Source: Trichoplax adhaerens (taxonomy: Eukaryota > Animalia > Placozoa). Taken from it: 64,000 bases of DNA. Positions 27,958-41,631 of this stretch are shown in pieces. Position numbers and translations under genes: made by a program. How positions within the stretch are numbered: position 1 is the first letter of the stretch; every line of letters begins with the position of its first letter. The stretch lies in assembly GCF_000150275.1 (NCBI RefSeq), contig NW_002060950.1, positions 2,158,106 to 2,222,105 on the forward strand, given 5' to 3'. Below the pieces are notes generated by a model, which ran no database searches, was not told the DNA's origin, and worked only from the letters and a program-made list of their open reading frames with translations.

Positions 27958-30368
27958 GTTATAAGATGCTATTATTTGTAACCTAACTGTATGAGAGAAT
28001 GGAAGCCGCTTACTGTCAACCACAGATGAAACGGCTGGAGATCGCGATGAGAGTAAAAGTTGTCACTACTAGCATATAAATTATACCATACAATCAGTTA
28101 TAACGTTCTGAAAGATCGTATTCATTTATTAAGATTACATGTAAAGACGCCAACAAAGCATCATCAACGGTTAAATCTAGCAATAGTAGTTAAAGGGAGG
28201 AGCTATATCTTCGATGCTTAATTAATATCTGGAAATGCCAATATAATTGGAAATCATTCACCTACTAGCAAACAATTCGCATTATGATATCGACAGCACT
28301 GGTATTCTCATAGGAGAGCGAGTGCTTTTATGGGCGAATAGGCCCAAAAATCCTAATAACTAATTAAGATCAACTATAACATTTTTAACTTTAAAGGTGA
28401 ACGAATACTTCCACTATCGAATATAATAACGAAGATAAATCAACAAATCTGTCCGGCAAATTTTTGTTTCATCAATTGTACTCAGTAAGCAGTTTTTAAA
28501 ATCGCTTTGTGCAAACTAGAGAAAGTGTTTTGGTACTTAATAATGACGTCTTCTATACTATCCCTTAATGTTTATTAAAGATTACGATATATTTTTATCC
28601 AGTGCAGTATCTCTATGACGATGATAATGCAATGGATATGGATAGTTAAATCTTATCCACCACCATTTCATGTAAATTTTAAATTACTGATATTTTGCAT
28701 CTACTGCGGTATGTTCGTATGGTTAGAATCTGATCGATGTCTAATGCGTTTACGTTTACCAGAAACAACTCGAAAAAGCTGAAGACGCTTAAAGACTGTC
28801 GCGTGTGCCTTACTTTTATATGCATTCACTTTACGTACATATGAATACTGTAATATTTTATATAATGTTAATATTTGTAATTAAATTTATGCAGTATTTT
28901 AGAAAAGATATGCAATGACATGAATTACAAAATAATAAATATATATTTAATTAGCAAGAAACCTGCTAGTTTGACTAATTTTATAACTTGCCTGCTCATG
29001 AGTAAAATTTCATGGATGATGAAAATTTTTGAATTTTAATAATAGCCTTAATAAAAGACCGAAATAAACTTGATTTTTATAACACATATAACTTATGTGA
29101 AATAAGACAGAAGTACTTTTTAACCTTATTCTTACTTCAAATAGCGAGTAAATTTTGAAAATTTAGAGTTAAAATTATTGGTCAAGGTATCATTATATAG
29201 ACATTACTGTCAAATGAATAAATAATAAGACAGCAACTAATAATTTCATTTCTAATTATATAAATAACTAGCGATAACTGTTAACGATAGAGTTGATATT
29301 GAAGAGCTGATAATAAAGTATAGGATAATAATAAGCTATTATCTTACAAATTATACGTGATCTGCTTTAAAATCCATTATTTACCACTGCTTTGAATAAA
29401 ACTATAGTAATGCATGCGTTGAAAATATTAATTGCATCTTAACTTTCTTCTGCACAGTTCGCTCCTTGAGTGAGTAACAGTTAAATACTTGACGAGTTAA
29501 TTCGTAGCCTTTGCGTAAGTCTATGAATTTAATACCCGCTATTCTAGATGTTACTACAATTGTAATCATATTTAACTACAGTATAGTGCCTGTATTTCCA
29601 TTTGGTGTTGCTTCCTGAGAAAAATGTACGATGGGGAAGCTAATACCTAATTATTGGTTAAATGATACATTTTAGGTATTTTCACTTATTTTAAATCTTT
29701 TAAGAACAAGAAGAGATGATGCTATTAATTTTTTTTACGTAGGTCAAGGGCAAGCATAGTATTAAGTCTAGCTTCTTAATATACAGCAGTCAGTAAGCAA
29801 GTAAATTTTAGAAATCTAAGACAAACATTTATTTTTATTTAGAAATATTATAGCAACTAGCGTCTAATCGTTATGATCTATAATATTAGTAAGAAGTAAT
29901 CTAAAAAAGTTTAATGTTTGAATGATCCTATTTAGTCTTTCTCACAATATCATGTTCTGGGCTATGCAACATACAAGTTCTGAGCAACAAGCAATAACAA
30001 GAAAAGTGACTTATGATGCTTGCTTATCTATTACCGCCATAGTTTAACATTATGATGGCGTAGTTATATATTACAAAATAGCATATAAAATAGATTATAC
30101 TAGTTAATAACCTAAATAAGGATATAGTAGATCATTATTGATTATGTTTCGATAATTATAATTATACCACAGGACAAAACTAAGTGTAACAAGGATATAC
30201 GTCCGCTAATGTAAAATTTCGTATTAATTCTATAGTAAATAAAGGTAAACGATTAAATATGATGAAAAATCAATTACTTTACAGATATCATTAGATTGCT
30301 AATCATTTATTAATTTTATTACCTAAGACAAAACTTGAGAGGAAAGAAAATAACGGCAAATTGAATCA

Positions 30369-33300
30369 TTAGACTTTAATTTTTTCTTCAAAGTACGCCA
30401 GCAAGAACATAATGGTAAATCCAGTTAAAATGCCAATATTAGAAAAGAGGAATTTTTTAAAACTCAGTTCTCCCAAAATGTCACTCTTTTCTTTTCCATT
30501 CTTACTTGTATTGCCATGAGAATGGGAATGAGAATGAGTGCTATGACCAGTCATTTGTGGCATCTAAAGTTAAAAAGTGAAAGGTGCATAACATTTTGAT
30601 ACGTGTAATAGATTAACTGTTTAGACTAGTATGTAGCTTATGGTAAGGTTTCTAGATAAATTATTGCAAGACTAATCTTTACTACTTACGAGGTCTACCA
30701 TCGCGATATACAGGAAGAGACCGCCTGTAAGAGCAAATAAAAATTGACGAGCAGTTTCTGTTGAGGCCGCAAAAATACCAATGATAGCACCAATGTAGCA
30801 AGTTAAGCCTGAAACTAAGTTGTATATCATGGCTTTCTTCCATCCCATTCCACTCGCATATAAGATGGCAAAGTCACCTAAGATGACGTAGTAGAGATTA
30901 AAGATGAATTATTTTTATAATCAGCTGAGACTTTACAGACTAGCTGCAATGTCGGTATAGATTTAGGTTGGAAAAATATTTTGGCGAGCTCTATCATGTT
31001 CTGAAATAAAATAAGTAGATGGATTATCTGTACTAACCTAACTCTTGAGGCAATTCATGGCAAAAAACAGCGATCGAAGTGCTAAATCCGAGCGAAAGCG
31101 ACGATTTAAAGGATGCTCCCATTGCAATCCCATCAGTAAAATTATGAAAACCATCTCCTAGTACAACCATAACTCCTACAGCTGTTAGGCCAAAACATAC
31201 CACTCTTTGTCCACTTTTAGATATAAATCCGTCTTCTAATTCAGAATTCTTCATAAATTATAAAGTTAATATGATGTTATCACTTAAATGTTGGTTGGAT
31301 TTTTTTTATTTAAGTTAGCATACATTACTTTTTAGAGACAAAGAGAATCTTATGTATTCGTTAGCAATATATCTCTTAGAAGGAAGATTATATTAAATTT
31401 TTGTCTTGATTAAAAATATAACATTTATTTATACCTGTTCTGAATTAGCAGAAAAGACTAGCTGTTCTTGACTTTTGTGAGAACTAACGCCGTTGTCTGC
31501 GGGATAACTACTATGTTCGTTGTTATTGATAGCCGCCATGCCAATTTCAGTCTAAAAAATTTGAATTTAAAACTCGTATTTAAGATATAAAATAAATGAA
31601 ACCGATATCTTTTATACTGTGTATGATATCATATTAAAATAGAAATTCTAAACTCTGAGTAAACTTCTGCTATTCGGTAAATATGTTGCTAATGTTTCGT
31701 ATTTTATAGTAATTTTCAGAAAATTAAAACATTTCTTAGCTTCTTGCTTACATCACTTGATTTCTTTCTGTTCGATAGTAGTACCATGAGTGTTTCAAAA
31801 ATATAAAATCCATAGACACCAGCTAAACATACTAACATCTTCATTAATCGTTCCTGTTCTTCAGTTAATCCGCCCGTCGTAACCGCATGTGAGCTATGAT
31901 CGTGTTTGTTTAAAGACTAGAAGATAATAGAATGAACGTAATATCGATAGGTTAATATAAGTAATTATCAAATATTGTAATAGACATTGTAAATCATAAA
32001 AAAAATTGTGATTAGATGGACTTACATGAGGAATTAAGTGCAATATAGCATCACCAACGAGGGAACCCACTGCTAAACCAATTAAATAGGCAACTACATA
32101 ACGTATAGCTGAATTTCCCATGCAAGGGATAGTTAATACACCAGCAACGGAGCTCAGAGTTACCACTGTGACTGCGAGCATTGTATATCCCCATACTAAT
32201 ATTTAATGACAATATTATTGTTAACAGTGAGTAACATTTAGCGTAAGTATAACCATTTCTGATCATGACTACTTTGGAAATTACCTTCTGCGGTCGTTGG
32301 GGAATTGCTGATAGTGGTATTTGATGTGGTTGTTGAGGTATTTTTACAAGCAGAGGTAGCTACTTGTTGTACTATAGCTGGTGATAGAGCAGTAAATTGC
32401 TTGGAATCAGCTCCAGATGCGCCAATAGAGAAGATACTGAATAGCTGTGTTGCTGAGTAGCACTATAAGAATAAGAAAAAAGAAACAGGAAAGAAATCGA
32501 TCAGTTGTAATTGTTTTAATCGTTCAAAGAGTAAATTAAAGGGCAACTGCTAGGATAATCTTTTTACCTTTCCTTCAAACTGATGATCATCATGCCCAGT
32601 ATGAACTGAACGCTTATGATTATGTCCTGAATGGTCATGACCACTGTGATTAGTGGTTGTGGTAGTTGTCGTGCCAATGCTGAGTTTTTGCATTAACTTT
32701 TGAAAATTTGTGATATTAATGCGACCTAAAGAATGTTTCAATTCATACGTATAATCTTAATCAATCACAGTTTACCCCATACAGGTATATCATTATTAGC
32801 CATCACTTGGGAAATGGTTAACATTTACAGCAGTAAGAATTACGTTTAGTTACCGTTTGATGCATAAATTTCGAAAATATGTCGCTGAAAGAAGCCTTGA
32901 TCGGGTAGTTTGACACTACTAGTGTGATTATGATGATCGTGATCATCATGCCCGGACGAATTGACATTGTTGCTAATGCATTGGCCTTTGGCTAATTTTT
33001 CAATTAATGGGACAAAGACAGAAGAAGCGCTATACCACGAGTCATTAGCGACAATGGTTGAGCTACCATGGTCGTGATGATCTGTAGATCTTTTTCGACG
33101 ACGTGCATGTGCGTGTCCACTGTGATCGTCATGATTTGTTGTTTTATTACTTTTGGATAGCAAACTAGTAGCTGTAAAACACTGCAAAAGTAATAATATA
33201 TTCGTATATTTTAGACTTTATTGTATGAGATAGCATTAGAGATATTAGAGATACTGTGCAGAATAAGTTTACCGTTCGACCACTAGGAGGGTGAGATAGA

Positions 33301-36300
33301 CCATAGGTAGCGTTGATTTCACTTAACATTTTTGTAATCCCCGAAGTGCTATATTGCATTCGAGTTTCGTTACCAAATTCGTGCAATAATTTTTCAACAT
33401 AATGGGGTACATTCCCAGGTTTAGTTTGGGCTGTTTGATTGCATACTAATGCCCAACCTTCAGGCAACAACGTGTAGGTAAAGACGATAGCAGCCGAGGC
33501 AAAACTAGTTTCATTGAGAGATTGACTAGTATCAAGTTGCATCGATGTATAAACATAGGATGCGATTGTGCACTAACATAGAAAGATGAGATTGTATTTG
33601 ATTAGCTTACTGCTATTACCATCGTACTTCATAGTAGTAACAAGGATATTAGATATTAGTTCATAATTTGTTCATTACTATTTATCGCCCTTCAATCGTA
33701 TAGATTAAATTATAGTAAAGTAGTTAAACTAATTTCAATTTATTATACTAGTATCTTACCCCTATGCAATTGGAACATTTTTTATTTGCTGTTATCTTTG
33801 TAGCCAAGGTATTCAAATCGTTATAAGTCATAACCTTTTTGCTAGTAGCATTAATAGCTTCTAGTATTTCATGAAAATGGTCTTCGTGAGCTACAGCAGC
33901 TTTAGTGATATTGATGCATAATCCTTTTGCCAGATTTTCAAGCAGTTTTTGAGTAATTTCCGTGGCAGGATGATATTTACCATGATCATGGCTGTGGCTG
34001 TGGCTACTATTAGCACCTTCTTCTTCCAGAAGGCTATCGGCATTAAAGCACTATAATGAAGTAAAAGATTGGAGTATTTTAGAGCCAAATAGGGGACAGC
34101 TAATGTTATACTATTAGGATGGTTTAAGGTTACTAAAATAGAGATGACTGTTAAACTTGTTAGACTTTGTTGCTTATCAAGATATACATGGAATAGGATT
34201 AAATTCACTCTTAAAAATAATTACATGTAGTAGAAAGTAAAAGACCTCTATAAATTCATCATTCATGTGGTATTCAGACCCAGTAGAAATAAACAGCATC
34301 TACTAATTATATGTCCTTCGTTTGATAACCTATTTAGCATAGTCAGCAGCAATTGATCGGTACCATTACATTCATACTCGATTTAGTTTTACTCTAATAA
34401 ACATATTGCGTGTCTTTATATCTTCTTAGTGTGGACAATATTCATTAAAGTATAGTTAAAGCAATTATTTAATATATTGCCCTCTTGAGCTATTTTGTTG
34501 GCTAAATTAGTTGTAAACATCGTATTACATTGCCTTAAAACTATCAAAGCTCATCAATCATTCGCTTGCTTCTTTACTTAAAATACTAAATGGTTGTTAT
34601 TAGTTAAATCCGTATATTTATGTCACGTTGCTTCTAACTTTGCTTTGCTATTCTTGTTACTCTATCTTTCCTTTCTAGTAAATATATTGTGCGCCATTGC
34701 ATCTTCTTATCATTGACAACAATATGCATTAAAATATAGGTAACGCAATTGTTTCGTATATTATCTAGTTTGAACTATTTTATCCCCCTTGTTGGCTAGA
34801 TTAGTTATAACTATCGCAATAAAATATATAGATCTCATGGCTAATTGAAACTAATAAAGCTAATCAATTATTCGCTTTTTCTTTGCTTACAATATAGATT
34901 AATTCTTAGTTAAATCCGGATATTAATATCACACTACTTCTAACTATGATTACTATTCATGTTACTCTATCTTTCCTTTCCCAGTAAACATATTGTGTAT
35001 CATTATGTCTTCTTGTCGTTGACAACACTATTCATTAAAACATAGTTAACGCAATTATTTCGTATATTGCCTAGTTTGAGCTATTTTCTCTCCCATATTG
35101 GCTGGATTAGTTATAACCATTAAAGTATATTGATCTAATAGCTAATTAGAATTAATAAAGCTTACCAATTATTCGATTAGCTCAAAATATTGATTTGTCC
35201 TTAGTTAAATCCGGATATTTGTGTCACGTTGTTTTTAACCCTACTTTGCTATTCTTGTTACTCTATCTTTCCTTTCCAGTAAACATATTTTGTATCAATA
35301 TATCTTCTTAACGTTAACAACAGCGTTTATTAAAACATAGTTAACGCAATTATTTCGTATATTGCCTAGTTTGAGCTATTTTATCTCCCTATTGGCTAGA
35401 TTAGTTATAGGCATCGAAATATATTGATCTAATGGCTAATTGAAATTAACAACGCATATTAATCATTCGCTTGGTTCTTTACTCAAAATATTTATATTTC
35501 GTTATTTCAATCCGTATATATATATATCATACTGCTTGTAGCCTTACTTTGCCAGTATTGTGCTATTGCATGTAATATCATCTCTTTAAAATAGCTATAG
35601 GAATATTGTTATCGTAATTGTAACTCTTGATAGAAATGGCCTTTATAAGTCATGAGTTTATTTATTAGTTTAGCGGATCGAGTACTAGTTAGTTCAATTT
35701 AGTTTTCATTTTGCTGCCAGCTTTACTTTTTTATTATTATTATTATGAGGTCGCATCTACTTTAAGTATTTAAGACAGTGCCTAGTAATAGGGAAAGTTA
35801 ATATGAGCTTTTCTCATTTTAAATTCTATTTTATGGTTTGCAGTGCTTTCTGTTGTAGTCGATAACAGGAATCAACCGCGTCTGTAAAAGATTAGTTAAA
35901 ATGATTTGTTTATTGAAGTAGATGTTAGTAAACTCCATGTCTTTTTTTCCTATTCCACCGAATATCAATTTGTCTACTGTAAGCATTATCGCCAATTTAT
36001 TTTGCCGCTGCTATTAACTTTCCTTTATTATTTTTCTACGGCAAAAACAAACATGTTTGTTGTCTTATTATATTTTAATTTATTGAACTGATGGGATCTT
36101 TGTTAACACCACAGTATTATTCCCTTCGATTGTATTGAAGATTTATTTTTTATTCATATCGTATTCAATATTGATGCAGCATTTCAAGCAGCTAATTCTA
36201 CTAGACTAGTAAAGAGTAATTTGATCATAGCAGAAATTATGTAAGTCTAAGGAATCACGTTGCTTAGTGAATTAATAAGCCGAAGAGAGCAACTTTAATC

Positions 36301-39300
36301 TTGATTTTAAAATATTCATCTTGGCTATTCTGCCAATAATATGAGTCATTACCAGACTTTGTGGCTATCTATCAGTCTTGACAGTATTTTATAGGCTACA
36401 TATGGGACGGATTGCATTAATAATAACAAATTCTTTTGACAGGAGAAAGCGAGGGACCTTTCAGGCTTTCTTCTTTTTCTCCTTGAGAGGTCTGTGGAAA
36501 AACTATTAATGCCAAGTATCCAACATGGATATCCATTTTATTACGGCGTTGAAGGAATTTTATAGGGGTTACTACACATAATATTGAGACAATACAGTTT
36601 AATCCTGTATTCATCTTTATTACTATTATTGTACAGTTGGATATCAAATTGCATTCTAGGCCTCTTAGTGTGTGCTATTATTGAAACGGATTTATTTCTT
36701 GCGGCAAGAATAGAATGAATTACAGATTTAGAATATTAACTAAATTATTAGAATTAGATAGGAACTTCTGTAGTCATAAATGTCATAATTATCAATTACG
36801 TAATTACTGCAGACGTCATTGAAAGAAAGAATATGATAAACATCCGTCTAATGGGCTAACGCCTATGTCTAATTAAAGTTATTCATAGTCAATATCCCCA
36901 AATTAATTAAAGGCAAAATTACTTTACAGTAAGTCTAACACTGAATCATTCATCTTGCTACTTATAAGGTTCAAGACTTTACTAACCCAAAATTGAAACA
37001 GTTAGTATTTTGGAACTTGTTCAGAGTTGAAAGAGGAGTTATAGATTTTATTTAAAGATCCTTAAAATTTTAAAACAAATGTACCTCATAACAGATGCGA
37101 ATCCGTGCTGAACTATGCTATTCCAAATTCCTTTTTTTATTTTTATTGTTTGATTTAGAAAATAATTTACAAAGTATGCGCTATCCTATGCACTAAATTG
37201 GTCTGTGTTGGTTAGGTCATCTAATCATTCTTCATTTAATTACGATTGTGGGTAAATTAGCGAGGTCTTATTTTTCTCTTAGCTTGATTACGTTAATCCA
37301 GGCTCCACAATGGAGTAGACACTCTATCAGTTAGAATCATTTAATACTCTTCTTCGAGTCTATTAATTATCAATACCTTACGGAAATACAGTACTTTTTT
37401 TCTACTATTAAATCAATTCATATATCATTTTATACAGAAATCGGATAGAATATAGCAGAGAGAATTATCTGTTTATTGTCAATCCTACTTCAACTAACAA
37501 ATTAGAAATACTTTTTGGCTCTAAAAGCAATTTATGCCGTTTCGGCACTTTGCATGGAATGCCATAGAATATGGCAGAGAGAATCAACTGTCTATTCTCA
37601 ATCAATCCTACTTTAATGCACGCATTAGAAATGCTCATCCTATTTTTAAAATAACTCATATACTGTACTTTACATAGAATTTGATAGAATAGAACAGGGA
37701 GAACCATCGTAAATTCTCAACCCTACTCTAAATAATAAATTAGAAATACTGTTTTTGCTGTTAAAGTAATTCATATTGTACCGGTACTTTGGCATGCAAC
37801 TTGATCGAATTTGGCAGAGTACATCATCTATTTGTCATCAATCCTACTATAAATAATAAATTTGAAAAACTTGACGTTCTATGAAAGCAACATATAAGCC
37901 ACGTTGTATACAGAACTAGACTATGCCAGTTGGGATTGTTCATTCTCCTTCCATCTCATAAGGATAAATTGCAAACGCTTTCCCTCTGTGAAGGTAATTG
38001 AAAAGGTCCGCTGTCTATAGAGGTAGATTATGTCAATTGCAATCAATTACACTCATTTTCTCATCCAATTCTCCTGTGACTCAAATAAAAAGTATTCTTC
38101 TCCAGTACTTTCTAAATCATATTGCTGGTAGAAATCGATTATGGCAGTTAGTATTATCTGTTCTCCTTGAGCTCCACGGTGACACTAATAAATGAAAAGT
38201 ATTTTCCTGTTATACCGCCTATACTGTAATTAAAGCGGTCTTTACACCATACTGTTCACATAATTCGATAGCATCCATTTGAATCATTTCTTCTTCTCCA
38301 CTCTAATCAATAACCCGATGATGAATCAATTCATCACTGTATCTCCTGTACTTAGGCATGGTGTAGGGCATGCCTAAGTAAAATTAGACTAGTCTAAAGA
38401 TACGCCTTCACTAGTTTTAGACATTTCTTTAACACAAGACTAATTAAAATCATTTTTTACATCATTCTGATTGAGGCAACTTTCTCTACCACTGCAGAAA
38501 GCTACGCCCCATCATGGATACGCTTATACAGTACCGTTACTAGAGTATAATTATTTCCATGCGTGGTCACCATGAAAGCCCTTTTCAATTCTGCCTCCAT
38601 TAGAGATTGGTGAAGATGAGATAGAATAACACAGATACTTTCAGCCTATTTGAACTATTCCTTCTCCCACATTATGATGATTGCTGTAAATGCACTTTTC
38701 CGAACATTATAGCAAGCTATTTCTCCTAGTGATATAGAGCATAAAGTGTTTTTTTTTTCAACGGCGTCTATGAGAAATACGTGAATATTAGGATATGAAT
38801 TTTTTATTGTGATCAATTAGATTTCATCCATTCTTCTATCCTATCATGATGGCGTAGAGTCATTCCTTCTAAAAGTGCAGCAAAGCTCTATTGCCTGATG
38901 TGTAATAGTGTATAGCCTATACTAAGAAAACTGAATCTCTATGATAATTAATCCAGTATTTTTCTCAACTCCGCTTAGATTAGAGATTTGAGAAGATTAG
39001 GTCGAGCAACTCGAATACTGCTATGAAGATTTTGAAATCATCAATTCTTCTATTCTATTATCTTTCAACTAATAAAGCCTTTCCTATTACTGCAGTCCAT
39101 CCTATCCAATAAAGATACTGTAGGAAGAGATGGTGCCAGTTGGCACCCTCTATCCGTCTTCTTCAACACTAAACAAAATGGATCCTCTTTCTTTGTATGC
39201 CAGCATAATAGAGGTTCCACCCTTCTAAAATGGCTCTCTTCGATCCACTATTCTACAACCTTTGATCCAGCTCCAATTTCCCTTTATCAGTCAATCATAT

Positions 39301-41631
39301 AGTTTACATGCTGTTTAAACTACAATAGCTCGTCATCGTAGACAAGGAAAAGGGAATTAATTTTCCAAATATGGCGGTACAATTTCAATGGCGACGGAAT
39401 GGAGTTGTACAAAAATGGCAGAACGTGGTAGAATAGGAGCAGCATGAATTGAATATGTTGGAGTGATAGTGTATTTTCCATGGATTAATTATTCTATACA
39501 ACTGTATATTAAATGAATTCATTAATGGAACAACTACCCAGTAATAGGTCTTCTATGATGGATTATCCATCCTAATTACGCTACCTTAGGATGACGTTTC
39601 AAGATGTTTTAAGATGATCAATGCCCGATGCTAAGAGGGGTAAAAAATCTTCCGATTGCAATTAACCAATTCGCATATTAGTAGTCATATGGCGAAAAGG
39701 AAATTGAAAAAAAAATTGATTTAAATTAGACTCAAACTTGAATTTGATTGAGTCTACTTGGAGTATTGATTCTGTTTGTAAAATTGTCATGGTAGTTTAG
39801 GATGATATTGGTAGTGTATTCGTATCTAATCTGATAACGGCAGAATTCAAGTTGATAAACGAACGGTGTAAGACAACTCAATTTGAAATATACCTAAACG
39901 ATAGGCTATAACTCAGTTGATAGGGGTAAAATAAAATCAATTTTGAATCTATTCAAAACTTTATAGACGAATTGGCTGCCTGATAAGGTTCTCTAGTTTT
40001 GCGGATGTTAAGGAGAATCATTCTTATTGTCATCCGTAAAATTATTATCCATCTATAAATTTTGCCCGTCAAATGCGTATGCGTTAATTAGTTTAAATGG
40101 GACTGTAATATGGATAGAAGAATATTCTTTAAATGGATTCATTGGTCGATCAACTTTGATCTTGTAACCATTACCATAGAGTGGATAAATCGATTATAAT
40201 ATAAATAAATAAAAAATAATGGTAATAAAATAAAATCGATAAAACCAAGCTAATTCTAATCCTTCTCGCCGTTGTTAGTCAAGAATGACATGTGAAATCA
40301 TAGCCTTATTCTTACAAATTGAAAACAGTCCAACATCGTTATGACTAGCTGCTAAGATTCATCAATTAATGAATTAAACGACGATATTTCAATTGAACAC
40401 ATGGAAAGGTTAAAAAAACTTTGATAGAATCAAACTTAATAGATCTGACAGGTTCTCTAATTAACTTTGTTGACCGATTGTGACCTAGGTCAATCTATCT
40501 TTTTTTCTTCTGAGGAGATTGATGAAAAAATGCCACCGATAATGCCATTTCAAGCAGTCATTATTATTGAATTAACTCTGTAAATTTAGAAAATGCTCAT
40601 TTTACTATCATCAATAATGAGGGTGTTTCGTAGCACGATTGTAAAGTAATTTCACTCAATGAATATGCATAAGGTAAAAGTGTCAATATTTTCTCTTCAC
40701 TTCCAACAGGGAATGCAGTTTTCGATTTATAATTAATCGTGTTAAAACTAATCAATTGAATGAGTAATTTCCATATAGTTTAAGCATCCAATTAAAATAA
40801 GACAACGTTGAAGAATATTAATGGTTGTACAATAATAAAAAAGGTTTGGTAGGCAATTCTTGTCGAAAAGTACAGTCCAATCAGAATATATTCTTGGAAA
40901 CTAACCTTACGCCCGTTGGTGGCTGGATGTGAAGATCCATATTCTTCATTTACTTCTTTCAGTAGTTTAACAATCCCATTTTCATTCATCCCCTTCGCTG
41001 TTTCATTGCCAAAATGATGTAGAACCTGTTCTAAGTGGTAATCATAGTCGCCTGGTTTATCATTAGTCGTTTTGTTGCAAACACGATTCCAACCAATATG
41101 GATCATGCTATACGCGATGATGACAGAAGCGTTAGCAAACAGATGGCCATCGATCGCACTAGCATGATTTAAATTGAGAGCATTGAAGGTATACGATGCA
41201 GCGGAGCACTAGAGAAAAATGGATGCAGTAGATAGAGAGAAATAGCGTTAATTAACAATCAGTATCACCTATAGATTTAGTCATAAGCAATAGTAAGTAA
41301 TAAAATAGCGCAGATGATGCAGACTTAGTTTTACTTTAACGACAAATTGTGTTCAAGAAGTGACTAACTAAAACTATACACAGACAAGTCTTCAAGACAA
41401 ACTTACGTTTGAACAGGAACTGCTACAAGTTCTATTAGGTACAATAGAATTAGCTAAAACATTCAAATCCTTAAATGTCATGGAAGTATTGCTGTTGGCC
41501 GATATGGCAGATAAAACATGAGCCAGCATTTTTTCACTCTCATGTTCATGACTGCTTTCGCTTGCCAAAGTTGTGCGAAACGGCAAAAAACAAATAGTAA
41601 CCGCAATTAAAATCGAGAACAAAGTCTTCAT
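30369..41631 (-). CDS. LIV-1 family ZIP (SLC39A) metal transporter, ZIP4/ZIP12-like, paralog A (13 exons)
   Basis: Signal peptide [11 protein letters not shown]. Exons ~41631-41407, 41208-40907, 34051-33820, 33572-33272, 33183-32852, 32728-32568, 32463-32285, 32195-32025, 31915-31751, 31551-31435, 31248-31038, 30877-30690, 30563-30369. Motifs [25 protein letters not shown] (PAL motif), [42 protein letters not shown] and [11 protein letters not shown]. Confidence 0.92.
34380..35560. repeat. Tandem repeat, ~4 copies of a ~280-305 bp unit, in intron 2 of ZIP paralog A
   Basis: The pattern taaacatattg...tcttctt...cattaaaa(c/t)atagttaacgcaatt...ttggctagattagtt...gttaaatccg recurs from ~34398, 34679, 34985 and 35280. 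Confidence 0.9.
37385..37920. repeat. Tandem repeat, ~4.5 copies of a ~120-bp unit (more degenerate copies likely extend toward ~39100)
   Basis: The pattern at(a/c)gaat...cagagagaa...caatcctact...aattagaaata recurs at ~37445, 37564, 37684 and 37804. Confidence 0.8.
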
